Notes: generated by a model not told the origin, from the sequence alone. Numbered from the stretch's first letter, positions 8,787 through 19,015 are shown. The stretch: 64,000 nt of DNA from Candidatus Obscuribacterales bacterium (GCA_965228855.1 CBDDIJ010000005.1:1-64000), one strand, 5' to 3'. Numbers and translations: made by a program.

Positions 8787-11018
8787 CTAGTCTTCGCTGC
8801 CTTCTGAATCTGAATTTGTGAATGCGGCGATCTTGAGCTGCTCCGCCTCTTCGTCACCATGCGTGGTGCCGTGACCGGAGTCCTGAGTGGAAACTTCACG
8901 ACTTACAAGCTGAAAGTTCGGTCTGATCGTCGACAAATCCGGCGAAGGATGAGTGACGTTGCCGTGACTTTCTACTGCGGCATCGCCGCTGCCGTGAACG
9001 TCAATGTGGGGAACTTCTTCATGCGCGATTGAAACCGATTGAGCCGTTCCGGCTGTTTCAGTGCTCCAATGAGCTTCGGTACCAGAAGCGGTATCAACAA
9101 CGGAGGCAACCTCTTCGACTTCCGGTTTCTTATTCAGCGTGAACACTCCGGAAAAGGAGCTGGGGATAGCTTCATAAGGGCTAGCTTCCGGTTCGTAAGT
9201 AATTCCATCTTCTTCATCGTCGTCATCATCTTCGGAGTCATCAGAAATTTGAACTTGAACCTGGACTTCGGTTTGCTCGTCGTCGTCGTCCTCCTCGTCC
9301 TCGTCCTCTTCATCGACTTCTTCAGACTCTTCATCGACTTCTTCGATTACAGTTTCTTTATAGCGATTGGGTTCGCCGACTCCTATTTCCTGGAAAACTT
9401 CCTCAACAGCGGAGATGCTGCTGGAAAGCTCACGAGAATGCTCTTCGCTATCGTCATCTTCGATCATCGTTTCTTCATACAACGAAGATTTTGACGTGAC
9501 GGCGCCGTTGAGCACTTCCACTTCGGTCTCGTCATCCCCCTCGGATTCATCGTCTTCGTCCGAAAAACCGGGAGCGCCTGGTCTCATTCGACCGCTGGCT
9601 CTGTCCCTTGGATCGAGAAGTTCTTCGGGCATCTGAGCAAGAATTTCATCCGGCACGTCGAGGGCTTCGTCACCGTTGGTCACGGTCGAGACTATCCGTC
9701 CGCCGCTTGCGCTGGCAGATTTAAGAACAGAATTGGCTCGTGACCGATTCGGCTTTTTTCCGTACGCCTCTTCGTCTTGAGCTTTCATGCCGACGACTTT
9801 TCTCGCTTCTTGCGGACCGACTTCGATGAATGCGACAACTCCCTGGCCCGTGCAATGTGAGCACTGATGGGTGAAGAGTTCTCTCAAGGACTGTCCCTGT
9901 CTGCGACGAGTCAATTCGACCAGACCGAGATCGGATAGTTGACCGATTTGCGGCTTGGCGCGGTCATCTTCAAGCGCACGCTGGAATTGCTCCAGGACCT
10001 GCTGTTGGTCTTTGCGGCTCTCCATATCGATGAAGTCGACAATAACCATGCCGCCGATATTGCGCAGTCTGAGCTGGCGCGGAATTTCCTGTGCCGCTTC
10101 GAGGTTGGTGCGACGGACGGTTTCAGCTTGAGTTCTCGAGCTGGTGAAGCGTCCCGAGTTGACGTCGATAACTGTGAGCGCTTCGGTAGGTTGAATGTTC
10201 AAGTGTCCGCCGCTCGGCAGTTCAGCTCTGTCTGTCAGAGCTGCTTCGATTTCTGAGTCAATGCCCTTTGCCACCAGAAGTGGTTCTTCGGCTGTGTGGA
10301 AAGAAACCTTGGTGTTTTTGCTGGCCCAGCCGGAGAGGTACTCTTGAGCGCGTTTTTGACCGTCCGGGCTATCAACGATGATATCGGTGACTTCGTGCGA
10401 ATAAGCGTCGCGGATGACGCGGTACAAGAGATCTTGATCGCGATAAATCAGAAGCGGTCCGATAGAAGCTTCAGCTTCCGAGACTACTGTCTGCCAGGTA
10501 TCCCACAATTGTTGGAAGTCTTCGAAGAGTTCGTCTTCGCCCTGACCTTTAGCTTCCGTTCTAATAATGATTCCGACACCTGGTGGTTTCATCAAGTTCA
10601 CAACCGCTTTCAGTCTGGCGCGCTCACGCGACTCGGAAATTCGGCGCGAGATAGACACACCGCGCTCTTCCGGCACGAGCACCAGAAAGCGGCCCGGCAA
10701 GCTGATTGCCGTAGATACACGCGGACCTTTATGTCCGGTAGGTTCTTTCGTGATTTGAACCAACAGCTTTTGTTTAGGTACCAGACGCTCTTTCAACGGA
10801 CCTTGACCAGGTACGTCGTTAGCGTGCAGGAAACCCATTTTATCTTTTCCCAGATTGACGAACGCGGCGTCGATACCAGGAAGAATGTTTTCAACCGTAC
10901 AGGTGTAGATATCACCGAGCAGCAACTCTCCGCGGTTGACGAAGAATTCGCAAACTCTGTCATTCTCAAGCAGAGCCGCGATGTTGTCCTGTTCTGAAAT
11001 TACTAGTGACTTTCTCAT
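8787..11018 (-). CDS. rne: Ribonuclease E/G family with long acidic C-terminal tail
   Basis: GIDAAFV, QITKEPTGHKGP, ALTVIDVNSG, RLRNIGGMVIVDFIDM, GLVELTRRR, CxxC Zn link. Confidence 0.97.
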   Translation of the reverse strand: MRKSLVISEQDNIAALLENDRVCEFFVNRGELLLGDIYTCTVENILPGIDAAFVNLGKDKMGFLHANDVPGQGPLKERLVPKQKLLVQITKEPTGHKGPRVSTAISLPGRFLVLVPEERGVSISRRISESRERARLKAVVNLMKPPGVGIIIRTEAKGQGEDELFEDFQQLWDTWQTVVSEAEASIGPLLIYRDQDLLYRVIRDAYSHEVTDIIVDSPDGQKRAQEYLSGWASKNTKVSFHTAEEPLLVAKGIDSEIEAALTDRAELPSGGHLNIQPTEALTVIDVNSGRFTSSRTQAETVRRTNLEAAQEIPRQLRLRNIGGMVIVDFIDMESRKDQQQVLEQFQRALEDDRAKPQIGQLSDLGLVELTRRRQGQSLRELFTHQCSHCTGQGVVAFIEVGPQEARKVVGMKAQDEEAYGKKPNRSRANSVLKSASASGGRIVSTVTNGDEALDVPDEILAQMPEELLDPRDRASGRMRPGAPGFSDEDDESEGDDETEVEVLNGAVTSKSSLYEETMIEDDDSEEHSRELSSSISAVEEVFQEIGVGEPNRYKETVIEEVDEESEEVDEEDEDEEDDDDEQTEVQVQVQISDDSEDDDDDEEDGITYEPEASPYEAIPSSFSGVFTLNKKPEVEEVASVVDTASGTEAHWSTETAGTAQSVSIAHEEVPHIDVHGSGDAAVESHGNVTHPSPDLSTIRPNFQLVSREVSTQDSGHGTTHGDEEAEQLKIAAFTNSDSEGSED

Positions 11019-11030
11019 AAGTTCCTCAAA

Positions 11031-13973
11031 CTAGTTACTTAAATCTTTTGGAGTCGAGTTGCCGGAAGTAGCAGCTGTCAGGACTTTGAAGTCCCGCATT
11101 GCACCCGGCTTGTCATAAGTGAGCAATTCGGTTTTATCGGCTGCGAAAAGTGCGAGCCGCGTAAACCTCCATCGGAAATTCGTATCAATGCAATCCAAAA
11201 CCTCGGAAGGTTTTACGTGAAGTTGCGGTCCACAAGCCAGCTCCATTTCAAGAACGACTTGCGAATCGCTATTTTTGACAGCAAGGGACTTGATACCGCC
11301 CCTGATGTCACGTTGCGCCGGCTTCTCGTTTTGGTTGCGCTTGTTTTTGCCCTTCCGCTTCGAGTTGTCCTTTGCGTCAATCAAAATACTTTCTTGTTTG
11401 AGAAGCTCTTCAACTTTAGTCTTGAGCATCTCGGTTTGTTCAGGACTCGGCGCGTCTCCTCCAATGGAGTTAAACAACACCGCCCTGTAGGTGGCTGTAT
11501 CGAGAACCGCAGACAGAGACTGCGACGGTTTTTCAGACAGCTCTACAACCTCCAGAATTTGAATTTCCGGGGGCAGTTGCCGATTCATTCTGTTTTGGAA
11601 ATCTTCGGCGCTAATCACTTCCGCAAGATCTATCTCAGCAACTTCACCTTCGCCCTCAAAATAGAGAGGAAGAGGACTTGCAAGCGAGAGCTTGGGCTGC
11701 GGATTGAAACCCTTTGAATACGCCAGTTTCAAGCTGGCGCGTCTGGCTGCTCTGACGAACAGCGATTGGACATCGAGGTGACCGACGAAACGAAGGTCAC
11801 CACGTTTGGTGAAAAGAAAACGCAAGCGCGTAACTGTGTCAGTAGAAGGCGCTTCGCCAGGTTGTTGTACAAACAAGGAGGGATGCGAATCTTCGTCTTC
11901 GACGTTAGCGTTCAACTCTTTGACGAAAGGATTCTTTTTCATCACTTCTTTGCTGGGAGCAGCGAGAACGTGAACGGTGTCGAGCTCGGTGCACACCCCG
12001 CAAGCATGGCAAGTATTCTCGGTGCAATTCGCGGTCTCTTTGACGGCGAGAGCCTTTTCCCATTCTTTGAGAAGCCACCAGTTGTTCAAACCGATGTGCA
12101 CCACGTTCCAAGGTTGGTCTGAACCGGGCTCGCGATCGGTGCATGCGATATTTTCAAGTGTCGTTCCCATTTCTGTTGCGACTTCATGCCAGAGATGCGG
12201 TTGGAATCTGTCGTCCCAGGCGTCAAACTTCGCGCCTTTCTTCCATGCACGTTGAATCATCTCAGCCATCTCACGGCCACCGCGCGAGATTACGCACTCG
12301 AGAAGACTGATTTCAGGTTCCGTCTTGTTCAATTGAACGTTGCCCAGACCGGAGTCTCTGAGCGCTTGATGGAGAACTTCGTGTTTGCGCTTCGTCTCTT
12401 CGCGAGTGACCTGACCGAACCACTGGAACGGCGTGAACGGTTTAGGACAGAAGTTCGAGATGGTGCAAGTAAACTCCATGCCGCGCTTGAATTGTTCAGG
12501 ATTGCTCTTGCGAATTTTGCGGCAAGCAATCGTCGCTTCTTTCAATATATTGATGATGCCGACGAGGTCTTCGTCCTCTTCAGTCGGCATGCAGCACATG
12601 AAGTAAAGTTTCACTGATGTCCAGCCGGATTTAAACGCAGACTCGACCGCAGAAATAATTTGCTCGTGCGAAAGACCTTTGTTGATAACAGCGCGCATGC
12701 GCTCAGTCCCGGCTTCCGGTGCCAGAGTGATACCACTGCGACGAACCGTCTTCAATTCCTCGGCAATATCCATGTTCATTCGGTCAGCGCGCTGGCTTGG
12801 GAACGACAGGTTCGCACGTGTAGAACTATGTTCTCGGTTTAAAGCACGAGTGGTTTCATACAAACTCGTGTAGTCCGAAACGCAGAGCGACAACATCGAA
12901 TACTCGTCATGCCCGCTATTGGCGAGCGCTTGTTTCGACAGATCAACAATGTCTTTGCTCGATCGTTCTCTGACTGGGAGGAATGTGTAACCTGGCTGGC
13001 AAAAACGGCAACCACGATCGCAGCCTCGTCTCACTTCGAGAACTTCACGGTCGTGCACAAGGTTCAAATATGACACCAGGGACGCAGTCGGCTGGTTATC
13101 GGCATTGAGCGGCGCAACCTGACGGAAAACACGCACAGGAATACCGGTATTTTCTTCATCGAATTGCAGGTTTAAAACAGATTCGACACGCTCCAATAGC
13201 GCATTACCGGCGGTATCACCGAGATATTCTCGCAATTGTTTTGCATCGATAGCGGAAACACAATTAGCTCCATCCTTCAACTCGTAAAGGGCGGGAACAT
13301 ACACGCCGGGGACATTTTTAGCAAGTCCGAATAAGAGACGCTTACGAAGTTTGCTTGCGGTTTGCTGATCAAAAGTTTCGCCGGCGATTGCTTCTTTGAA
13401 CTGCTCGATGACGCGCATGCCGTGCGGCACCATTTCCTCGCCGTCGCCAATCATGTACATATCCATGAAGCGAGCCATGGGTTCCGGATTTACGGCAGAC
13501 GGACCGCCACCGAAAATCAACGGGAAGATGTCGGTCCTGTCCTGTGCTTCGACTGGAATATGCGCGAGTTCCAGCATGTTGAGAACATTCGTGTAAGTCA
13601 ACTCATACTGAAGCGAAAAGCCAATCAAATCGAAATCTTTAAGCGGACGGCGCGACTCCCATGCCCATAGCGGAATGTTGCGCTCGCGCAAAAGGTCTTC
13701 CATGTCGGTCGCCGGAGCATAGCTGCGGTCGGTCATCAAGCCATCTTTCGAATTGACGATTTTGTAGAGAATTTTCAATCCGAAGTTGGACATCCCCAAT
13801 TCGTAGATGTCCGGAAAAGCCAGCACCATTCGGACTTTAGCTTCGTCAAACGGCTTGCGAAGAGCGCCCCATTCGTTGCCCAGATACTGACCGGGTTTAA
13901 CGACCCGCTCGAGGAGTTCTTCAATTAAGGTTGTGGAAAATTGTGTTGGGTTCACTTTAGTCGACTGGCTCAA
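11031..13973 (-). CDS. TIGR03960-type B12-binding radical SAM protein fused to TIGR03936-type (DUF2344) domain
   Basis: KPGQYLGNE, AFPDIYELGMSN, RGCDRGCRFC (CxxxCxxC), TLAPEAGTERMR; C-terminal RFVGHLD...GFNPQPK; typical position upstream of rne; TTG start. Confidence 0.93.
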   Translation of the reverse strand: MSQSTKVNPTQFSTTLIEELLERVVKPGQYLGNEWGALRKPFDEAKVRMVLAFPDIYELGMSNFGLKILYKIVNSKDGLMTDRSYAPATDMEDLLRERNIPLWAWESRRPLKDFDLIGFSLQYELTYTNVLNMLELAHIPVEAQDRTDIFPLIFGGGPSAVNPEPMARFMDMYMIGDGEEMVPHGMRVIEQFKEAIAGETFDQQTASKLRKRLLFGLAKNVPGVYVPALYELKDGANCVSAIDAKQLREYLGDTAGNALLERVESVLNLQFDEENTGIPVRVFRQVAPLNADNQPTASLVSYLNLVHDREVLEVRRGCDRGCRFCQPGYTFLPVRERSSKDIVDLSKQALANSGHDEYSMLSLCVSDYTSLYETTRALNREHSSTRANLSFPSQRADRMNMDIAEELKTVRRSGITLAPEAGTERMRAVINKGLSHEQIISAVESAFKSGWTSVKLYFMCCMPTEEDEDLVGIINILKEATIACRKIRKSNPEQFKRGMEFTCTISNFCPKPFTPFQWFGQVTREETKRKHEVLHQALRDSGLGNVQLNKTEPEISLLECVISRGGREMAEMIQRAWKKGAKFDAWDDRFQPHLWHEVATEMGTTLENIACTDREPGSDQPWNVVHIGLNNWWLLKEWEKALAVKETANCTENTCHACGVCTELDTVHVLAAPSKEVMKKNPFVKELNANVEDEDSHPSLFVQQPGEAPSTDTVTRLRFLFTKRGDLRFVGHLDVQSLFVRAARRASLKLAYSKGFNPQPKLSLASPLPLYFEGEGEVAEIDLAEVISAEDFQNRMNRQLPPEIQILEVVELSEKPSQSLSAVLDTATYRAVLFNSIGGDAPSPEQTEMLKTKVEELLKQESILIDAKDNSKRKGKNKRNQNEKPAQRDIRGGIKSLAVKNSDSQVVLEMELACGPQLHVKPSEVLDCIDTNFRWRFTRLALFAADKTELLTYDKPGAMRDFKVLTAATSGNSTPKDLSN

Positions 13974-14088
13974 CGCGCGCAGAGAACGGCTTGAGTCGCA
14001 GAATGAAGAGGAGGAATTTGCTTCGGTGGCTTGCGCCCCTCCGCTGACCCGATAAGCAAAATCGCTGTCTTAGTGATTCGCATAAGCG

Positions 14089-14243
14089 GGTCACTTAGCC
14101 AATGCTGGCTCCAGCCGTTTAGGCCTGCAATCACCCTGGATGATCCTGGGATTCTCGCCTCCCGGGAGCTTCGCTCGCGGAGGGCACGTGGGAGAACTAA
14201 GTTGACTACAGCTTTCTTGAGCCTAGCTGGTACTCAAGTGACC
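14089..14243 (-). ncRNA. ssrS: Probable 6S RNA
   Basis: ~155-nt rod: 5' GGUCACUU pairs with 3' AAGUGACC, CCAGCUAGGCUC region with GAGCCAGCAUUGG, open central bubble, apical hairpins; TATAAT immediately upstream; CUAGGCUC / CUUAGUUCUC segments resemble cyanobacterial 6S as I recall it. Ends approximate. Confidence 0.72.
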
Positions 14244-14245
14244 TA

Positions 14246-14251
14246 ATTATA
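14246..14251 (-). promoter_or_regulatory. Sigma70-type -10 box of the putative 6S RNA
   Basis: Perfect TATAAT on minus strand directly upstream of the RNA 5' stem; no clear -35. Confidence 0.6.
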
Positions 14252-14412
14252 ACGCTAAAGCGCTACAGGTATATAAGGCCGACGCAGCTTGAGAAAGTTT
14301 AATATGCTCAGAACGCTGATTTGCTCACCTGTGCGGTTATTCCCAGTTTTTCAATTCGTTATTTATGTAAACATATCGGACTCTTCCGATTCAAAAGAGC
14401 TTCCTGGAGAAA

Positions 14413-14898
14413 ATGTTCGGTGCTTTGCGTCGGCAGCTTGACTACCATGATATAGTCGCAATTGAGGGTTCCTCACGAAAGGATTTATCGGTGATTCTGG
14501 AGGCGTTTTCCAAGTATTTGCATGAAGCAGACCCGTCGCTCACATCCACTGAGGTGTTGGCGCGCTGGCTGTGGGAAAGGCTTAACACGCCTCCGCTCTC
14601 TAACGTCGATTCGGTAATCCATTGCGAAATTTCTATGTGTCGCCAGGATACGTCAGAAGGCGATCTCGACCCCGATGAGCTATTTATCTTCCAAAAGAAC
14701 GATGAGAACCGTCATGAGGACGCCGCCTACGTCTTTCGCGGCAAGTCGATTTCCGGCGACCGCTTACTGAATAGCCTGAAATCCTATGGACACAGCTACG
14801 AACAACAAAAGTGGTCACGGTGGGTTCACAAGATAAAAGCAAGCGATTTCGATTTCAAGACTAGCGAGCCTAAACCGTCGGACGATAAGATTGACTAA
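14413..14898 (+). CDS. Hypothetical protein
   Basis: 161-aa ORF with GGAG RBS; no recognised motif. Confidence 0.8.
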   Translation: MFGALRRQLDYHDIVAIEGSSRKDLSVILEAFSKYLHEADPSLTSTEVLARWLWERLNTPPLSNVDSVIHCEISMCRQDTSEGDLDPDELFIFQKNDENRHEDAAYVFRGKSISGDRLLNSLKSYGHSYEQQKWSRWVHKIKASDFDFKTSEPKPSDDKID

Positions 14899-15049
14899 AC
14901 CGTCGGCAAGTCGACACTCACCGTTGCCGATTGAGACGAGGGAACTAAATCTTCGGATTTGTGTCCTTTAGACTATCGAACGCAGAGTGAAACGCTCAGC
15001 AGGCGGTTCATTCGAAAATCGACAAATTTCTCCCCGGAAAAACTGGATC

Positions 15050-15544
15050 ATGAACTTCGATAGCAAAGAAAAGCACACGCTCACCCTCAGACAACTGCTC
15101 TTCACTGCGCTCATTGTCAATGCGTTTCTAGCCCCGCTATCCGCTGTCGCCGCTGAGAATCTGACTCTGAGAAAGGGCGTATCGTTCACCGAAGACAAGG
15201 ATAACGGTTTTCCAATTCTGGCGGATAAAATGGATGATGCCACCATAGAGAGTGGCAAGCCGGCTCTTATCTTTTTTGGCGCATCGGGGGATTTGAATAC
15301 AAATCGTCAGGCTAAACGTTTAGTCAGTTTATACAACAAGTTTAAATCGAAAAATCTCAAATTTATACTCATCGACGTAGACCACGCGTCCAGTGCCAAC
15401 GCTACTGAACTGCTGAAAAAACACTATAAGGGTTATATCCCCTGTCAGGTCCTGCTGGATGACGGTGGAAACTCAGTATGGTCCAAGTCTGGCGAAATTC
15501 AAGAAGGGGACGTGGTCAAACAGATAGAGACCGTGGTTAAGTAG
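15050..15544 (+). CDS. Secreted thioredoxin-like fold protein lacking CxxC
   Basis: Signal-like N-terminus; GKPALIFFGASGD, FILIDVD, YIPCQVLLD pattern of a Trx fold; start chosen at ATG 15050. Confidence 0.75.
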   Translation: MNFDSKEKHTLTLRQLLFTALIVNAFLAPLSAVAAENLTLRKGVSFTEDKDNGFPILADKMDDATIESGKPALIFFGASGDLNTNRQAKRLVSLYNKFKSKNLKFILIDVDHASSANATELLKKHYKGYIPCQVLLDDGGNSVWSKSGEIQEGDVVKQIETVVK

Positions 15545-16397
15545 CAGACGGCGCGAAGCCCGCGTGGGCAAGCTTCAACCGTGCCACCACCTCTGATGGC
15601 ACAGCAACCGTACCCATCAACGATTCGTATTCTTCGAAGGGACCGTGACAGTCGGAACCACCCGTGATGAGCAGATTAAGTCTATCGGCGAGCGCGAGCA
15701 GTTTTGAAATACTGTCGTCGCTGTGTGCGCTGTGATACGCTTCAATGCCGTTCAAACCGCTAAAGGAAAGCTGTTTTATGAGATCACTGTGGTCTTGAGA
15801 AGAGGACATCCCCGGATGAGCTATCGAAGTTAAACCTCCTGCAGCTTTAATTGCGTCGATGGCCTCAAAGGGCGTCACGCTCTTCCGCGCGACAAAATAT
15901 TTTGACTTGCGGTCATAGAATCGGGCATAAGCGGTAGAAACGTCCGGCGCAGCTCCTGATGCGACAATGGCATTGGTGACATGAACCTTCCCAATCGGTC
16001 CGCCCTTCGCAAAGCTGCGTACGAGATCCATGCTGATAGGAATCCCGTCTTCTTTCAGAATCGCAACCAGCCGCTCGACCTGCTGTAGTCGAGCAGCGCG
16101 CTGACGCTGCAATAACTTGGACAACTTCGCATTTGTTTTATCAATAAAATAACCGAGAATGTGAATGTCTTGACCGAAGCCATCATCATCCGTCCAGATC
16201 GTGTTTATCTCGACGGCAGGAATAATTTCAAGCTTGTCACCGGCAGCCAGTACCCCTTCATCGATACCACTGACGGTGTCATGGTCCGTAATAGCGATTA
16301 CGTCCATCTTCAACTTAATCGCATGGGCAACCAGTTCGGTCGGCGACCAGTTGCCGTCGGAATGCGTAGTATGCAGATGCAAATCGATCTTCATCAC
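15537..16397 (-). CDS. PHP-domain phosphoesterase (TrpH/YciV-like)
   Basis: DLHLHTTHSDG, AITDHDT, HILGY, AHP, GGSDCHG. Confidence 0.95.
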   Translation of the reverse strand: MMKIDLHLHTTHSDGNWSPTELVAHAIKLKMDVIAITDHDTVSGIDEGVLAAGDKLEIIPAVEINTIWTDDDGFGQDIHILGYFIDKTNAKLSKLLQRQRAARLQQVERLVAILKEDGIPISMDLVRSFAKGGPIGKVHVTNAIVASGAAPDVSTAYARFYDRKSKYFVARKSVTPFEAIDAIKAAGGLTSIAHPGMSSSQDHSDLIKQLSFSGLNGIEAYHSAHSDDSISKLLALADRLNLLITGGSDCHGPFEEYESLMGTVAVPSEVVARLKLAHAGFAPSAT

Positions 16398-17206
16398 TTC
16401 GTATCCGTGGTTTCCAGCAAGGAGACGCGTTCGATAGATTTGCTCAGCCCGGTAGCTTTTTCGATTGTAAAACGCACACCATTCAATTGAGCAGGTCCAT
16501 CTGCTATCTCCAGGCGAGTTGGCAATTGCTTAACCATGCGACGAAAGACAGCTTTCTTGTCCATGCCTATTACACCGTTAGCAGGACCACAGCAGCCGGC
16601 ATCTGTTATGTATGCGGTACCTTCCGGCAAAATTCGTTCATCCGCCGTTTGCACATGAGTATGCGTTCCTAAAACAGCAGAGACGCGACCGTCGAGATAC
16701 AGTCCCATAGCCACTTTCTCGGCGGTCGCTTCGGCATGAACATCGACGATGATCGCATCTGTTTCAGATTTCAGTTTGGCAATGTAATCATCAGCCGCAC
16801 AAAACGGCGACTGAAGCGGTTCCATATAAACACGCCCCATGAGATTCAAAATACCAACACGAAATCCACTCAAATCGACCACGCAAGAACCGTTTCCGGG
16901 TGTTCCCGGCGGGTAATTTGCAGGACGCAAAAGGTTTGGATAACGATCGATAAACTCGAAAATATCTTTCTTATCGAATGTATGATTGCCGCCGGAGAAG
17001 ACCTGCACACCAGCCGAACCCAGCTCACGAAGCACCTTTTCGGTGACCCCATATCCGTGCGCGGCATTCTCAACATTTGCTATGACTAAGTCGGGAGGAT
17101 TGGCTGAAGCCAGCTGCTCTGTGACATACTTAACTACAAGGTCTCGTCCCGGCTTACCGATGACGTCACCGAGGAAGAGAACGCTAATGCTGTTGCCATT
17201 ATCCAT
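16394..17206 (-). CDS. ymdB: YmdB/TIGR00282-family metallophosphoesterase
   Basis: LGDVIGKPGR, NVENAAHG, GNH, DVHAEATAEK, GTHTHVQTADERILP. Confidence 0.95.
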   Translation of the reverse strand: MDNGNSISVLFLGDVIGKPGRDLVVKYVTEQLASANPPDLVIANVENAAHGYGVTEKVLRELGSAGVQVFSGGNHTFDKKDIFEFIDRYPNLLRPANYPPGTPGNGSCVVDLSGFRVGILNLMGRVYMEPLQSPFCAADDYIAKLKSETDAIIVDVHAEATAEKVAMGLYLDGRVSAVLGTHTHVQTADERILPEGTAYITDAGCCGPANGVIGMDKKAVFRRMVKQLPTRLEIADGPAQLNGVRFTIEKATGLSKSIERVSLLETTDTK

Positions 17207-17248
17207 GAGCTAAGAGGATACCTGAAATACAGCGGCAAGGGTCAATAA

Positions 17249-18013
17249 ATGTCGAAAAGCGAAAGACAACGGAAACAATCGATACGAATCGCAATCGCGG
17301 CGATGATGTTTGCGACCTGCACAACCGCGGCCGAGGCGGTGGACGAGAAAGCGAAAGCGGCGCAGGTGAGGGTAGAACTGACCGCCGCCGCACAATCCAT
17401 CGGGGGAAGTCCGAGTTCCACAAAAGCGAAATCGGTAACTCCGGCGCAGACAGCACCGCCGAAGCCGAAATCGAAGGATGCGGCCAGTCAGCGCTACGCA
17501 GATCTAAATACAGATAAAAAACCGGAAAAAAAGCCCGCTTCAGCACCCGTTAAAAAGAAGATCAAGAAGGCGGGCACTACCATGCTCGTGCCACCACCGC
17601 CTCCCACGATACCCACTTATTTGAACGTTCCCCCTAATTCTCCATTTGATCTCGGGCTTGGATTCAGCGTTCCCGCCATGTCACTCGATGACCTGAAGTT
17701 TCAACAAAAGAATGTAGAGAAGAAACTCGAATCTGCAAAAATCGACGAAAATGATCAAAAGAGACTTATGGAGCGCGAGCAAGAACGCGCGAAGCAGTTT
17801 GACGGATTATTCGCCGATGGCATCGTCAGCCGGCGCGAGCTCGAAACAGCCAAAGAGGATGCGGAACGCTCTGTTCGGAAACTGGAACAGACTCATATAT
17901 CGGTAGCGGAAAAAGAGCGATTGCTTTCACAAATAAAGGAACGCATTCAATCGCTTGAAGCAGCGAAAAAACCGATGAAGATTTCGAGAAAAAAATCCTT
18001 GAGGCACAAATAG
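17249..18013 (+). CDS. Secreted hypothetical protein with coiled-coil hairpin
   Basis: Signal peptide, K/P-rich linker, LFADGIVSRRELETA motif similar to membrane-fusion-protein hairpins. Confidence 0.8.
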   Translation: MSKSERQRKQSIRIAIAAMMFATCTTAAEAVDEKAKAAQVRVELTAAAQSIGGSPSSTKAKSVTPAQTAPPKPKSKDAASQRYADLNTDKKPEKKPASAPVKKKIKKAGTTMLVPPPPPTIPTYLNVPPNSPFDLGLGFSVPAMSLDDLKFQQKNVEKKLESAKIDENDQKRLMEREQERAKQFDGLFADGIVSRRELETAKEDAERSVRKLEQTHISVAEKERLLSQIKERIQSLEAAKKPMKISRKKSLRHK

Positions 18014-18406
18014 ATAGCTGTTTTCAGCCAGGCGGGCTGAAGGCAATGCTCACATGAGTCGAATTTAATAAATTAAGCGCAGATCGGAATCAATCAAAGC
18101 CGCTCAGACAGCGCTTTGATCTCCACCGTTCCGAAGCTACCCCTAATTTCAAGTCCGGCTTCTGATGAGAGGAATCACAGAATCCGGAAAAGCGTTTTTT
18201 CTCGAATCGACACCTCCCACAGCAGTCCCGGGTTGAAAAGCGGAAAGAGGAACGCATGATGAAACTCAGGTTCTGAAGCCACTTTTGCGATAGTATTTGA
18301 AACATCGAATCCCACAAGTCGCAGTGAAACCCGCACCAGAAGTCATTTTGGTCGCAAGTCTCGCGCGAGCTTGTGAGAGCAAACTTTTCAAAGGAGGAGA
18401 AATCCT

Positions 18407-18937
18407 ATGCTGCATCACAGAACCCATAGAGAGTACAACTCGAGAAGAGAAGGACTCCACCGTGGTTTCAGATTAGATCGTGACTACGATCGCTACGAGT
18501 CCCTCGACAGAATGATGGGCTATGAGTGGGATCAACACACGACCTACAGCGCCCCCGAAACAGACGTACTCGAACTCGACGATCGCTTCATCCTTGAAGT
18601 CTCACTTCCAGGCGTAGTGCTCGATGACGTAGAGCTCAAGGTAGAAGAGAACTACATGATGCTCATCGCCAAGCGCACTCCTAATATGTTCGAAGAAAGA
18701 GCAATTTACCTCAGAAGAGAGCTTCCTTCGCACTACCTCGTCCGTGAATTCGAATTCTCGGAAGATATCGAAGCAGAAGAAATCGAAGCTCGCCTAGACC
18801 GCGGCATCCTGTTCATCAGCATTCCGAAAGTCGAAGCAGCAGTTCGCATTCCAGTTTCGGCTGGCAGCATCGAACAGCACATGCTCGAAAGCACCACCCG
18901 CATGCACAAAAACGAGCGCAAAGTCTCAATCAAGTAA
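18407..18937 (+). CDS. Hsp20/alpha-crystallin small heat shock protein
   Basis: PETDVLE, LPGV, IEARLDRGILFISIPK; strong AGGAGG RBS. Confidence 0.93.
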   Translation: MLHHRTHREYNSRREGLHRGFRLDRDYDRYESLDRMMGYEWDQHTTYSAPETDVLELDDRFILEVSLPGVVLDDVELKVEENYMMLIAKRTPNMFEERAIYLRRELPSHYLVREFEFSEDIEAEEIEARLDRGILFISIPKVEAAVRIPVSAGSIEQHMLESTTRMHKNERKVSIK

Positions 18938-18958
18938 ATCCATTTACTGAAGACTGGG

Positions 18959-18992
18959 AAGGGAGCGGCGCAAGTCGCTCCCTTTTCTCTTT
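18959..18992 (+). terminator. Rho-independent terminator after hsp20
   Basis: AAGGGAGCGGC-GCAA-GTCGCTCCCTT stem-loop followed by a T-rich tract. Confidence 0.9.
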
Positions 18993-19015
18993 AACCGCGC
19001 CCCACGGTTTCCAGC

